DNA of 64,000 bases, taken from assembly GCA_963713865.1 (NCBI GenBank), contig OY970208.1:64001-128000 (forward strand), written 5' to 3'. The notes beneath the pieces are model-generated. The model did not search any database. It worked only from the letters and a program-made list of their open reading frames with translations, and was not told the origin of the DNA. Position numbers and translations under genes: made by a program. Source of the stretch: an uncultured candidate division Zixibacteria bacterium. Lineage in GTDB: Bacteria; Zixibacteria; MSB-5A5; RBG-16-43-9. Positions 9,314 through 18,581 of the stretch are shown here, one piece after another. Numbering within the stretch: the stretch's first letter is position 1; each line of letters starts with the position of its first letter.

Positions 9314-11992
9314 ATGAGCACAGGCGAATTATCAAAACAATACAATCCCAAATCAGTAGAGGACAAATGGTATTCCTACTGGATGAGAGGTAAATTTTTC
9401 TCCCCAAATCTTTCCGACCATAAATCCTTCTATAGCTTGGTTATCCCTCCTCCAAATGTTACAGATATTTTGCATCTGGGACATGCGTTGAATAATACCC
9501 TTCAGGATATCCTGATTCGCTGGAAAAGGATGCAGGGTTTTGAGACAGAATGGCTGCCGGGAATAGATCATGCCGGTATAGCCACTCAGGTAGTTATCGA
9601 GAAAAACTTAGCTAAAGAGGGCAAGACCCGCCAGCAGATCGGAAGAGAAGCTTTTTTAAAGTTAGCCTGGGAATGGAAGGATAAAAATGGTGAGGCGATT
9701 TTAAATCAACTTAAGAAAATCGGCTGTTCCTGTGATTGGGATAGAACTCGATTTACTTTAGATGAAGGATTATCGAAAGCAGTTTTGGAGGTATTCAACC
9801 ACCTCTACAAAAAAGGATTGATCTATAAAGGTAAATATATAATCAACTGGTGTCCCAGATGTTTAACCTCCATTTCAGATGATGAAACCGAAAGAGAAGA
9901 GGAAGATGGGCATCTCTGGTATATAAAATATAAATTAAAAGGAAAAGACGATTATATATCGGTTGCCACCACCAGACCTGAGACTATGTTAGGGGACACT
10001 GCGGTTGCGGTAAATCCCAAGGATAAGAGATATAAAAAATTAGTGGGCAAATTTGCTATCCTTCCTATTCTGGATAGAGAACTTCCTATAATCGCAGATG
10101 ATTTTGTTGATCCGGAATTCGGAACCGGAGCAGTTAAGGTTACTCCTGCTCATGACTTGAATGATTTCGAATTAAGTAATCGGCATAACCTTGAACGGAT
10201 TGTGGTGATTAATCCAGACGGGAAGATGAATCAGAATGCAGGCAAGTTCGCTGGAATGGACCGTTTTAAATGCCGTAAAGCCTTAGTGGCTGAACTGAAA
10301 AAGAAAAAACTCCTGGAGAAAATCGAACCCTACAAGGTTCCGTTAGGCTTATGTTATCGCTGTAATACCATAATCGAGCCTTATCTTTCCGAACAGTGGT
10401 TTGTCAAGATGAAACCTTTGGCTGAACCCGCCATCCAGGTAGTAAAAAACGGAAAAGTTAAATTTTACCCTGAGCACTGGTCCAAAGTTTATCTCAACTG
10501 GATGGAGAATATCCGGGACTGGTGTATCTCCAGGCAGCTCTGGTGGGGACACCGCATTCCGGTATGGTATTGTTTAGACTGTCAAGAGGTTATCGTGGAT
10601 AAGACACCTCCAGTGGAATGCTCCAGATGTAAAAGCAGGAATTTAAAGCAGGAGGAGGATGTCTTGGATACCTGGTTTTCATCCTGGCTCTGGCCCTTTT
10701 CCACTTTTGGCTGGCCTGAAAAAACCGAGGAGCTGAAGAGTTTTTATCCAACCAGAGCACTTTTCACCGCTTCCGAGATAATCTTCCTCTGGGTAGCCCG
10801 GATGGTGATGGCAGGACTGGAGTTTATGGGAGAGGTTCCTTTTTATGATGTCTATATTCACGGCACAGTCCGGGATGCCAATGGGGTGAAGATGAGTAAA
10901 TCCCTGGGAAACGGAATCGACCCTCTGGAGATAATTAAAGAGTATGGGGCAGATGCCTTAAGGCTCAGTACGATTTTAGTAACGCCTGAGGGACAGGACC
11001 CTTGCATCTCCTTTAACACATTTGAGATCGGCAGAAACTTTGCTAACAAGTTGTGGAACGCATTCCGCTTTATCTGGATAAACACAAAAGATCAAAAACC
11101 CAAAATAGGCAAGATATCTACCCCTGAAAAAAGTAATCTGAGATGGGAGGACAGATGGATCTTGAGCCGGTTAAATCAGACTGTAAATGAAGTCACCAAA
11201 CAGATGGAAAGCTACCGGTTTAATTCAGCCACTAAGATTTTATACGATTTTGTCTGGCATGATTTCTGCGACTGGTATTTGGAGATGATCAAAGTCATAT
11301 TTCGCCTGTCTGAAAAAGAAACGGAAAAAGTCAACTCTAAAAAAACTGCTCTTTTTTTACTGGATAATATCTTAAGGCTTCTTCATCCCTTTATCCCCTT
11401 TGTGACCGAGGAGATCTGGCAGAACCTTTATTCTCTCTCCCCGGATGATTTTAGAAACAGTTTGATCAAAGCTTCCTGGCCTAAACCTAACCCTGTTTTA
11501 GTAGATTCAGAACTGGAAAGAACGATGGACCTGGTACAGGAGGTAGTAACCTCAGTCAGAAATATCCGCTCGGAGATGAATATCCCTCCTGCAAAAAAGT
11601 TAACCGCCTATCTAAAGGTTGAGAAAAAGGAGACGCAGAAGCTCTTGGACGAGAACAGGGAACATATCCTTACCTTGGGGAGGATTGAGAAACTCGAATT
11701 GGGTTTGAAAACAAAAAAGCCCAGTTTATCCGCATCCGCTGTAGCTAAGGATTTTGAAGTCTATATACCTCTGGAAGGGTTGATTGATGTTGAACAGGAA
11801 AGAGTAAAATTGGAGAATGAGATCACCAGATTGAAAGAGCTTTTAGTAGGAGTTGACCGCAAATTAGCCAATGAGGATTTTCTTAAAAAAGCACCACCTT
11901 CTATTGTGCAAAAGGAGAAGGCCAAAAAAGAGGATTATCAGAAACTGATTGAAAAGTTAGAGAAGAACTTGGAGGGCTTAGTTGGATGGTGA
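9314..11992 (+). CDS. valS: Valine--tRNA ligase
   Basis: PPPNVT..HLGH, DHAGIATQ, DWCISRQLWWGH, KMSKS, C-terminal coiled coil. Confidence 0.98.
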   Translation: MSTGELSKQYNPKSVEDKWYSYWMRGKFFSPNLSDHKSFYSLVIPPPNVTDILHLGHALNNTLQDILIRWKRMQGFETEWLPGIDHAGIATQVVIEKNLAKEGKTRQQIGREAFLKLAWEWKDKNGEAILNQLKKIGCSCDWDRTRFTLDEGLSKAVLEVFNHLYKKGLIYKGKYIINWCPRCLTSISDDETEREEEDGHLWYIKYKLKGKDDYISVATTRPETMLGDTAVAVNPKDKRYKKLVGKFAILPILDRELPIIADDFVDPEFGTGAVKVTPAHDLNDFELSNRHNLERIVVINPDGKMNQNAGKFAGMDRFKCRKALVAELKKKKLLEKIEPYKVPLGLCYRCNTIIEPYLSEQWFVKMKPLAEPAIQVVKNGKVKFYPEHWSKVYLNWMENIRDWCISRQLWWGHRIPVWYCLDCQEVIVDKTPPVECSRCKSRNLKQEEDVLDTWFSSWLWPFSTFGWPEKTEELKSFYPTRALFTASEIIFLWVARMVMAGLEFMGEVPFYDVYIHGTVRDANGVKMSKSLGNGIDPLEIIKEYGADALRLSTILVTPEGQDPCISFNTFEIGRNFANKLWNAFRFIWINTKDQKPKIGKISTPEKSNLRWEDRWILSRLNQTVNEVTKQMESYRFNSATKILYDFVWHDFCDWYLEMIKVIFRLSEKETEKVNSKKTALFLLDNILRLLHPFIPFVTEEIWQNLYSLSPDDFRNSLIKASWPKPNPVLVDSELERTMDLVQEVVTSVRNIRSEMNIPPAKKLTAYLKVEKKETQKLLDENREHILTLGRIEKLELGLKTKKPSLSASAVAKDFEVYIPLEGLIDVEQERVKLENEITRLKELLVGVDRKLANEDFLKKAPPSIVQKEKAKKEDYQKLIEKLEKNLEGLVGW

Positions 11993-12017
11993 AAAAAATT
12001 TACAGGAGGTAAATCCA

Positions 12018-13397
12018 ATGAGGAAAAAAATCTTTTTGAGTATGATCTTTTTTCTCCTTTTGCTTTTATCCGTATCCGTACAAGGAGAGGAAAGAAGGGT
12101 CTCCCTTACCGTATATAACCAGGACCTGGCACTGGTAAAAGATATGCGGGAACTCACTTTCGAATCCGGCAGAAACGAGATAAAATTTATCGAGGTGGCT
12201 GAGAATATAGACCCAACCTCAGTTCATTTTCAGGTTCTAAACCTTTCAGATAAGGTTTTTCTGCTGGAACAAAACTATCAATATGACCTGGTCAGCTCAG
12301 ATAAGATTCTGGAAAAATACCTGGACAAAAAGATTCAGATCTTGACCAAAGGCGGTAAATTGTATGAGGGTGAGCTTCTATCCTTCTCCTCTGATAATTT
12401 CAGCTTAAAGGAGAAGGAAGGCTCAATCCGGATCTTAAATCGAACTGAAATGATAGATTTACTTTTTCCATCCCTGCCTGAAGGGCTTATCACCCGTCCT
12501 ACCCTGGTCTGGTTATTAGACAGTAAGATAAAAGGTAAACAAAAGGCAGAGGTTAGCTACCTCACTACTGGAATAAACTGGCATGCTGAGTATGTAGCAG
12601 TAGTCGACAAAGAGGATAAAGCCTTAGAGCTTTCCGGCTGGGTTTCTATAGATAACCGTTCCGGAGCAACTTACCCGGAAGCTAAATTGAAGCTCATCGC
12701 TGGTGAGGTTCACCGGGTAGTAGAAAGAGCACCAGTAAGAACTATGTACAAAGGAGCAGAGGCTGAAATAGCTTTAGGTATGGCTCCTCCTACATTTGAG
12801 GAAAAACCATTTTTTGAATACCATCTTTACACTTTGCAATTCCCCAGCACAGTTAAGGATAACGAGATCAAGCAAATCTCCTTATTCCCCAGCACATCTG
12901 TAGGGGTCAATAAAATCTTTACTTATGACGGAGCAAGAGAAGCTAAAAAAGTAAAAGTGAATTTAGAGTTTTTGAACTCAAAAGAAGGAGGGTTGGGAAT
13001 TCCTCTGCCTAAAGGAAAGCTTAGAGTCTATAAGGAAGATGTAGATAAATCTCTTGAATTTGTGGGTGAGGACCTGATAGAGCATACCCCTAAAGATGAG
13101 AAAATAAGGGTCTATTTAGGAGATGCCTTCGACATAGTTGGAGAGAGAAGCAGGACAGATTTCAAAAGGATAAGCGATGACGTTAGCGAAGAATCCTACC
13201 AGGTAAAGCTGAGAAACCATAAAGAAGAGAAGGTTGAGGTTATCGTGGTTGAACACCTTTATTCTTATACCAACTGGGAGATTTTAGAGTCAAATTTCAA
13301 ATATGAGAAAAAAGATGCCAATACCATAGAATTCAAAATTCCAATTGATAAAAATCAGGAACAAATCGTAAATTATAAGGTGAGATATGTCAGTTGA
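12018..13397 (+). CDS. Secreted DUF4139-domain protein
   Basis: GGAGGT SD then ATG at 12018; signal peptide; LTVYNQDLALVKD, SYLTTGINWHAEY, YHLYTL typical of DUF4140/DUF4139 proteins. Confidence 0.8.
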   Translation: MRKKIFLSMIFFLLLLLSVSVQGEERRVSLTVYNQDLALVKDMRELTFESGRNEIKFIEVAENIDPTSVHFQVLNLSDKVFLLEQNYQYDLVSSDKILEKYLDKKIQILTKGGKLYEGELLSFSSDNFSLKEKEGSIRILNRTEMIDLLFPSLPEGLITRPTLVWLLDSKIKGKQKAEVSYLTTGINWHAEYVAVVDKEDKALELSGWVSIDNRSGATYPEAKLKLIAGEVHRVVERAPVRTMYKGAEAEIALGMAPPTFEEKPFFEYHLYTLQFPSTVKDNEIKQISLFPSTSVGVNKIFTYDGAREAKKVKVNLEFLNSKEGGLGIPLPKGKLRVYKEDVDKSLEFVGEDLIEHTPKDEKIRVYLGDAFDIVGERSRTDFKRISDDVSEESYQVKLRNHKEEKVEVIVVEHLYSYTNWEILESNFKYEKKDANTIEFKIPIDKNQEQIVNYKVRYVS

Positions 13398-13432
13398 GCT
13401 TAAAAAATATTAATCTTTTAAAAGGAGTCTTT

Positions 13433-14740
13433 ATGCGGTCTTTCAACTTAGTATTAATCCTCTTGTTATTTTTTATGATAGGTGCCTGCTCACAGGCTCA
13501 ACAGATGCCCAGGAATGCTTATAAAACGTCAGTTAAGATTGAGCTCAAGCTAAAAAATCCAAACTACGATCGAGTCCTTACCCTTTTAGAGCAGGCTAAA
13601 GCCGATTACCCGGATGATGCTGAGATCTGGTTTTTATTAGGTAAGGTCTATGGAATTAAACATAGACCCAAAGATATGCTTGAAGCTTTTGCCCAGGCTA
13701 ATAAACTCTCTCCTAAAGAAAAAGATAAGGGGGATATGAAGAAAATGGTGGACAGCACCTGGGTAGTCACATTCAATCGGGGGGTAGAATACGCTAATCG
13801 AGTTCATAAAGTAGAAAGATATGCAGATGAATCTTTTGCAAATTGGTCCAATTACCCTCTATATATCGATTCTTTACAGATGCTCTCTTCAGAATTTACC
13901 GATTCCTCTTATAACTGGAAAGACTGTTCCTCAAATGCAGCCCTGGCTATACTCTTAGAAAAATTAAAACAGGCTCTGTACACAAAATCCCTTGAACTTT
14001 ATGAGCTGGCTGCGCTGGTTGATTCTACCCGTTATGAGGCTTTTATAAATGGAGCTTTTGTCGCAACCAAACTGAACCAGCTCGAAAAAGCTTTAAGCTA
14101 TTATAAAAAAGCCTACGAGTTAAAACCGGATCTACTCGAGGTTCTGAATAACTACTTTGCAGTATTATTAAATAATAAAAAATATGAGGAGGCTTTGAAG
14201 ATCTCAAAAGAGATCTTGGAGAAAAACCCTGATGATTTGAGTGCTCTCTTTAACCAGGCAGTTATCCTGGAGAACCTTGGCCGAGAGCAAGAAACTATGG
14301 AGCTTTATAACAAGATCATAGCGCAGGACCCGAACTCCAAGGATGTTTATTTCAACCGTGGCCTCCTCTTCCTGAATAAAACCAATCGAATCGCCAAAGA
14401 ATTAGTGGCACTTCGAGATTCTCTCCAGAATAACCCTAAATCTCAGACACTGATAGATAAGTCACAAAGATTAATTGAGGAACAAAAGGAGTTTTTTAGC
14501 AAAGCTGGAGCAGATTTCAAAAAGGTTTTAGAAATAGCTCCTGATGATTCGGAATCGATGAGGTTTTTAGGTTATTGTTTACTAAATCAAGGGAAAACAG
14601 ATGATGCCATAGGAGTATTGGAAACTTTAGTTCAGAAAGAACCGGACAACAAAGAAGCCTGGGGGCATCTGAGCATTCTCTATACCAAGAAGGGGCTGGC
14701 CGAAAAGGCTAAAGAAGCAGAGAAAAAAGCCCAGGAGTAA
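13433..14740 (+). CDS. TPR-repeat lipoprotein
   Basis: AAGGAG SD then ATG at 13433; lipobox IGAC; multiple TPR motifs. Confidence 0.8.
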   Translation: MRSFNLVLILLLFFMIGACSQAQQMPRNAYKTSVKIELKLKNPNYDRVLTLLEQAKADYPDDAEIWFLLGKVYGIKHRPKDMLEAFAQANKLSPKEKDKGDMKKMVDSTWVVTFNRGVEYANRVHKVERYADESFANWSNYPLYIDSLQMLSSEFTDSSYNWKDCSSNAALAILLEKLKQALYTKSLELYELAALVDSTRYEAFINGAFVATKLNQLEKALSYYKKAYELKPDLLEVLNNYFAVLLNNKKYEEALKISKEILEKNPDDLSALFNQAVILENLGREQETMELYNKIIAQDPNSKDVYFNRGLLFLNKTNRIAKELVALRDSLQNNPKSQTLIDKSQRLIEEQKEFFSKAGADFKKVLEIAPDDSESMRFLGYCLLNQGKTDDAIGVLETLVQKEPDNKEAWGHLSILYTKKGLAEKAKEAEKKAQE

Positions 14741-14775
14741 TAAAGGGTAAAAAAATAATAGAAATGATGCTTATA

Positions 14776-14809
14776 ATAGGGACGTATTACATTGCGTCCC
14801 TATTTTTTT
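14776..14809. terminator. Probable bidirectional terminator / family A-like hairpin between convergent genes
   Basis: ATAGGGACG...CGTCCCTAT followed by a T-run. Confidence 0.6.
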
Positions 14810-14978
14810 ATTCTTTTATCTCGGTATATCTACAGTTGAATATTGTTTTATATTTTTGACTTATTTCTAACCCTATATTCTTCTCCATATTAAAAGTCGT
14901 AGAATTCAACTCGGATTCAGCTTTTTCCTCAATTGTTTTATTTAGCTCAATTATCTGTTTTTCTCTATCCCAACTCAT
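14808..14978 (-). CDS. Unannotated 56-aa small protein translationally coupled to the upstream gene
   Basis: ATGA overlap with the stop of 14975..15658, SD AGAGGT; MSWDREKQIIELNKTIEEKAESELNSTTFNMEKNIGLEISQKYKTIFNCRYTEIKE. Confidence 0.55.
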   Translation of the reverse strand: MSWDREKQIIELNKTIEEKAESELNSTTFNMEKNIGLEISQKYKTIFNCRYTEIKE

Positions 14979-15658
14979 TTTTTACCTCTCTTTTTAACAG
15001 AATTTGACAATAAAAACTCTTTGTTCAAAAATTTCAGACCGATTAATTCTCTCATCTGTAATGCCAGTTCCTCTTTCTGCCAGTCCAGCTTCTGGCTCAG
15101 TTTCTGCAAGGAAAATATAAGCTCTGGCTCAGAGTAAAGGCATTTTGCTAACTGTATCAATTTTGAATACTCAAAAGATAAATTTTTATCCCAGAGCAAC
15201 TCTTTCATCATCTTCACTGCCAGATTGGATGAAAAAGTTGCGATTCTTCGATCTTTACATTCGATGAACAGGTCAAAACGATTAGCCGGGTCTTGATAAC
15301 CACAGGTCAGCCCGGAGCAGGATTCCATTTGCCCCACCGTAGCTTGAAGGTCAATTATCATATGCTCGATCAAATGGGCTAAATCGGTTATCCCGCCTAC
15401 TCTCTGAAAAGGCAAATCCTTCCTTTCACGGTTGGAGACTGAACCTCCTAATAAGTTCGCCCAGCATTTATGTTTTTGAAGATTTGGGAAAAAATTTGAG
15501 ATATCTTTATGTATTTTATCGAAATCAAATCCTTTGTCCTCAGGAATGGAGATATCTAAAACCAGCTTCAATCTTAAAAAACTATGCCTGAAGAAAATGT
15601 CTAAATCTGAAAGCTCCTGAAACCTGCCAAAACTCAAGCTGACGATTTGCAATCCCAC
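14975..15658 (-). CDS. Stand-alone cyanophycin synthetase N-terminal-domain-like protein (putative HxxEH metallopeptidase)
   Basis: FPNLQKHKC...LAHLIEHMIIDLQ resembles the CphA1 N-domain LPxLxxHxC...HxxEHxxxELQ; no ATP-grasp or Mur ligase domain. Confidence 0.6.
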   Translation of the reverse strand: MGLQIVSLSFGRFQELSDLDIFFRHSFLRLKLVLDISIPEDKGFDFDKIHKDISNFFPNLQKHKCWANLLGGSVSNRERKDLPFQRVGGITDLAHLIEHMIIDLQATVGQMESCSGLTCGYQDPANRFDLFIECKDRRIATFSSNLAVKMMKELLWDKNLSFEYSKLIQLAKCLYSEPELIFSLQKLSQKLDWQKEELALQMRELIGLKFLNKEFLLSNSVKKRGKK

Positions 15659-15695
15659 CCTCCTTTTATCTGAAGATATTTTAGCTACTTTAATT

Positions 15696-15722
15696 ATATC
15701 GGCAGTTCCCGGCCTTTGTTCA
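15696..15722 (-). promoter_or_regulatory. Putative sigma28-type promoter
   Basis: TGAA-N15-GCCGATAT upstream of the CphA-N-like gene. Confidence 0.5.
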
Positions 15723-15942
15723 ATTACTGATTTTTAAGAAAATTAAACCCTGAGCTGAGGCTTGAAGAGATTGTTTTTCTTCGTTGATGAGGATACTTAC
15801 GAAGAATAATATACTGAGTAAACTTAGAAATTTTGAAGCTTTTTTAGAGCAAAGACCTGTGCCTGTCTTAAAGGCTCAGGCAATCGATAGTTAGTGCGGT
15901 TTGAAGTGTGACCCTTTCTGGGCGAGTTGAAAAAGTTCCCCC

Positions 15943-16038
15943 TGTCATTCTAAGGGAGTCCGCCTTTGGCGAGACGACCGAAGAATCTCTTTGGTTCGTG
16001 CGGAGATTCTTCCTCCCCTACGGGGACTCAGAATGACA
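15943..16038. repeat. Palindromic element, family B (TGTCATTCT...GAAGAATCT...AGATTCTTC...AGAATGACA)
   Basis: Nested inverted repeats; copies at 17185-17267, 17760-17853, 54137-54238, partial at 8952 and 30550. Confidence 0.85.
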
Positions 16039-16105
16039 TTCAGTCAATTTCGGTTTTTCAATAGTCCCTAAAGTATTGTACTACCTAAAACTATTCTTAG
16101 AACTC

Positions 16106-17023
16106 TCACATAAATCCATCCAACCTCCTGAGCCCATACTTTTTAGCCATTTTGATTGCTGAGTTGTATTCCTCTGAAGTAATCCTTCTGTCTAAAGGAT
16201 GAAATTCATTAGCTTTGTAAGCAGGGTGGTATTGGTCCATTACGTTCACATAAGAATCTTTTGAAAGCTCAGAAGAAATAAACCTCATTACCTCTTCTGT
16301 CCCAGCTAAATTCTCTGGAAGGACTAAATGCCTGATTATAAGCCCTCGCTGAGCTATTCCTCTTTTGTCAGTTACCAGAACACCTGTCTGTCTGTGCATT
16401 TCTTTTAAGGCTGATTTTACTATTTCCGGATAATCCGGAGCATTGGAAAATCTTTTAGCTACTTCAGAATCCGAATATTTAAAATCAGGCATATAGATAT
16501 CGAAAACCCCCTCTAATAATTCCAAAGTCGATACCAGATCATACCCACCGGTATTATAAACCAAAGGCAAATCCAGCCCTTTTTCTATAGCCAAAGGCAG
16601 AGCTCTTAGAATCTGAGCAATCACATACGTAGGGGTAACAAAATTGATATTATGACACCCTATCCTTTTTAATTTTAACATAGCCTCAGCTAATTCTTCA
16701 TCTGTAACTGGATACCCTTCACCCAAATGGCTGATATCATAGTTCTGGCAGAAGATACATCCTAAATTACAATGAGTGAAAAAAATCGTCCCTGAACCGT
16801 TTCTCCCCACCAAAGGAGCTTCCTCACCAAAATGCGGACTAAGGGAAGATAAATAAGCCAAATTCCCTGTCTGACAAACCCCCTTCTCATCTTTCAGACG
16901 ATTAACTTTACATCTTCTCGGACAAAGCTCACAAGAGGAAAGAGCCTGGTTTAAAATCTCAATCCGTTTGAAAAGCTCTTTTGTTTGGTAAAGTTTTAGA
17001 TAACCTGGTTGAAAATTTTCCAT
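16106..17023 (-). CDS. Radical SAM protein (PflX-like, pyruvate formate-lyase activating family)
   Basis: CELCPRRC, HFGEEAPL, CNLGCIFCQN, YMPDFKY, IIRHLVLP. Confidence 0.88.
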   Translation of the reverse strand: MENFQPGYLKLYQTKELFKRIEILNQALSSCELCPRRCKVNRLKDEKGVCQTGNLAYLSSLSPHFGEEAPLVGRNGSGTIFFTHCNLGCIFCQNYDISHLGEGYPVTDEELAEAMLKLKRIGCHNINFVTPTYVIAQILRALPLAIEKGLDLPLVYNTGGYDLVSTLELLEGVFDIYMPDFKYSDSEVAKRFSNAPDYPEIVKSALKEMHRQTGVLVTDKRGIAQRGLIIRHLVLPENLAGTEEVMRFISSELSKDSYVNVMDQYHPAYKANEFHPLDRRITSEEYNSAIKMAKKYGLRRLDGFM

Positions 17024-17043
17024 TTTATAGTATTTTTTGGATT

Positions 17044-17267
17044 GTAAACCTTTAGGTTTATAAGGATAAAGCTAAAGCTTTATCCTCTAGGACTGGTTAA
17101 CAATCTATTTTAATGGCGGTAGAACAGACAGGAATGTCTGATTACCAAGAATTCTTTTTCTCTTCAAAACCGTGTAATTACCAATGTCATTCTGAGGGAG
17201 AGTAGCGACCGAAGAATCTCTTTTGTTTATGCGGAGATTCTTCCCCCCTACGGGGGTCAGAATGACA
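17044..17267. repeat. Intergenic palindrome mosaic (AAACCTTTAGGTTT, GGATAAAGCTAAAGCTTTATCC, family F, family B)
   Basis: Successive inverted repeats; the first two recur at about 34546-34613; family F GGTAG..CAGACA..TGTCTG..TACC at 17118-17146. Confidence 0.75.
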
Positions 17268-17297
17268 AATGACTTGTCAATTGAATTCATCCCTGAA

Positions 17298-17723
17298 TTA
17301 TTTTCTTGTAAATATCACCTCCAAAATTAGCTCATACTCCCCTTCTGAATTCGGATGCTCCATTCTCAAAACCACTTTGTTCTGACCTATTTTTTTAAAC
17401 GTTTGTTTAAGCAGGGTATCGTGCCAATTCAAAAATAAAATCTCATCACTGACGAAATTGCAAGTTGCGGTCAGGAAACTCCCTGAGCTTTCAAACCACC
17501 AGTATCGATATACCTTTGCCTTTTCATCCCAGGCAAAGATTGCATGTGCTTCTCCTTTTTGTCCTGCTACTGATGCGGAATAATCAAAATAAACATACTT
17601 ATCATCCAGCGCTCTTTTGAACGTTCCACTCCCTGAACCTGTAGCGGCTTCACTGAACCCGCTTTTTGGAACCCTGTATTCCAAATTCCAGTCTCCTATT
17701 AAAAATTCAAATTTCCCCATCAT
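17298..17723 (-). CDS. Hypothetical beta-barrel protein (DUF1579-like)
   Basis: GGGAG SD before ATGATG at 17723; FLIGDW N-terminal motif; the longer ORF-track start lies inside a repeat. Confidence 0.6.
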   Translation of the reverse strand: MMGKFEFLIGDWNLEYRVPKSGFSEAATGSGSGTFKRALDDKYVYFDYSASVAGQKGEAHAIFAWDEKAKVYRYWWFESSGSFLTATCNFVSDEILFLNWHDTLLKQTFKKIGQNKVVLRMEHPNSEGEYELILEVIFTRK

Positions 17724-17759
17724 ATTTGACTCCCTTGCACCTAACTGTTCATCTACTAC

Positions 17760-18027
17760 TGTCATTCTGAAGGAGTCCCCTACGGGGACGACTGAAGAAT
17801 CTACCTCAAGGTCAAATTCGATAGATTCTTCGTCCTAAGGACTCAGAATGACAGAACATTTAACCATACCCGCCAGGTCCCCTGACCTGGCAGGTTTCTC
17901 GTCGGGTCAGGGGACCCGATGAGCACATTAAGCATAAAGTAGGTCAACCATGTCCGAAGGACTGGTCGACAATTTATTTATATTATATGTCAAACAGTCT
18001 ACCCAAGGTGGACATGCTTGACCTATA
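17760..18027. repeat. Intergenic palindrome mosaic (family B, two family C GTCGGGTCAGGGGACCCGAC-type hairpins, GTAGGTCAA...TTGACCTA element)
   Basis: Inverted repeats visible at 17760-17853, 17872-17891, 17900-17921, 17939-18027. Confidence 0.75.
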
Positions 18028-18083
18028 TAACTACTATAACTACATATTCCGGAAACGATTGTAAAGTGACAACAAACAATTAG

Positions 18084-18572
18084 TTAAGGATCCTCCTCTT
18101 TATACCTTTGAATAAGCTTAGTAAACTCTCTCTCATTAAAATAATCAGAAAAATTAATTTTATTATTAGCCTGCCATTTGATGAATTTCAACAATTCCTT
18201 TTTACCTATATTATCCAATTCCCACTTCTTTAAGGGGAATGGTTTTCCATGATGGGTGATAATTTCACAAACCCTTATGAGATATTTGTTCTTAGTTAAG
18301 TGAGCTGCTCCAGATTCAATCAAACCAATTATACCAGGATGTCCATTTGTTTTAAGATCTAAAACATCTACATATCTTTTGGCAATCCCTTTAATTTGTT
18401 CCTCCTTTTTATCTCTGTTCCTAATAATTAGATTTATTATTAAAAAGGATATGGTTGATAAAATAAAAACACCAATACCACCAAAAATCCATTCTTTGTT
18501 ATGCAATATCCAATCTAGTATCTCTTTTAATTTGATGTTCATAAATAGAAGAATGTTGAGAGCAGGAGTCAA
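18084..18572 (-). CDS. Hypothetical single-pass membrane protein (AT-rich, accessory)
   Basis: NKEWIFGGIGVFILSTISFLIINLII TM segment followed by a soluble domain; start may be the internal ATG (MNIKLKE). Confidence 0.65.
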   Translation of the reverse strand: MTPALNILLFMNIKLKEILDWILHNKEWIFGGIGVFILSTISFLIINLIIRNRDKKEEQIKGIAKRYVDVLDLKTNGHPGIIGLIESGAAHLTKNKYLIRVCEIITHHGKPFPLKKWELDNIGKKELLKFIKWQANNKINFSDYFNEREFTKLIQRYKEEDP

Positions 18573-18581
18573 GCTTCTTAC

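Noticed and set aside
15810-15905. c-di-GMP-I riboswitch-like words (GTAAAC...GCAAAG)
   Set aside because: Stems and GNRA loop/receptor could not be formed convincingly; an Rfam scan would be needed
17105-17290. 61-aa ORF
   Set aside because: Reads through family B and F palindromes; spurious
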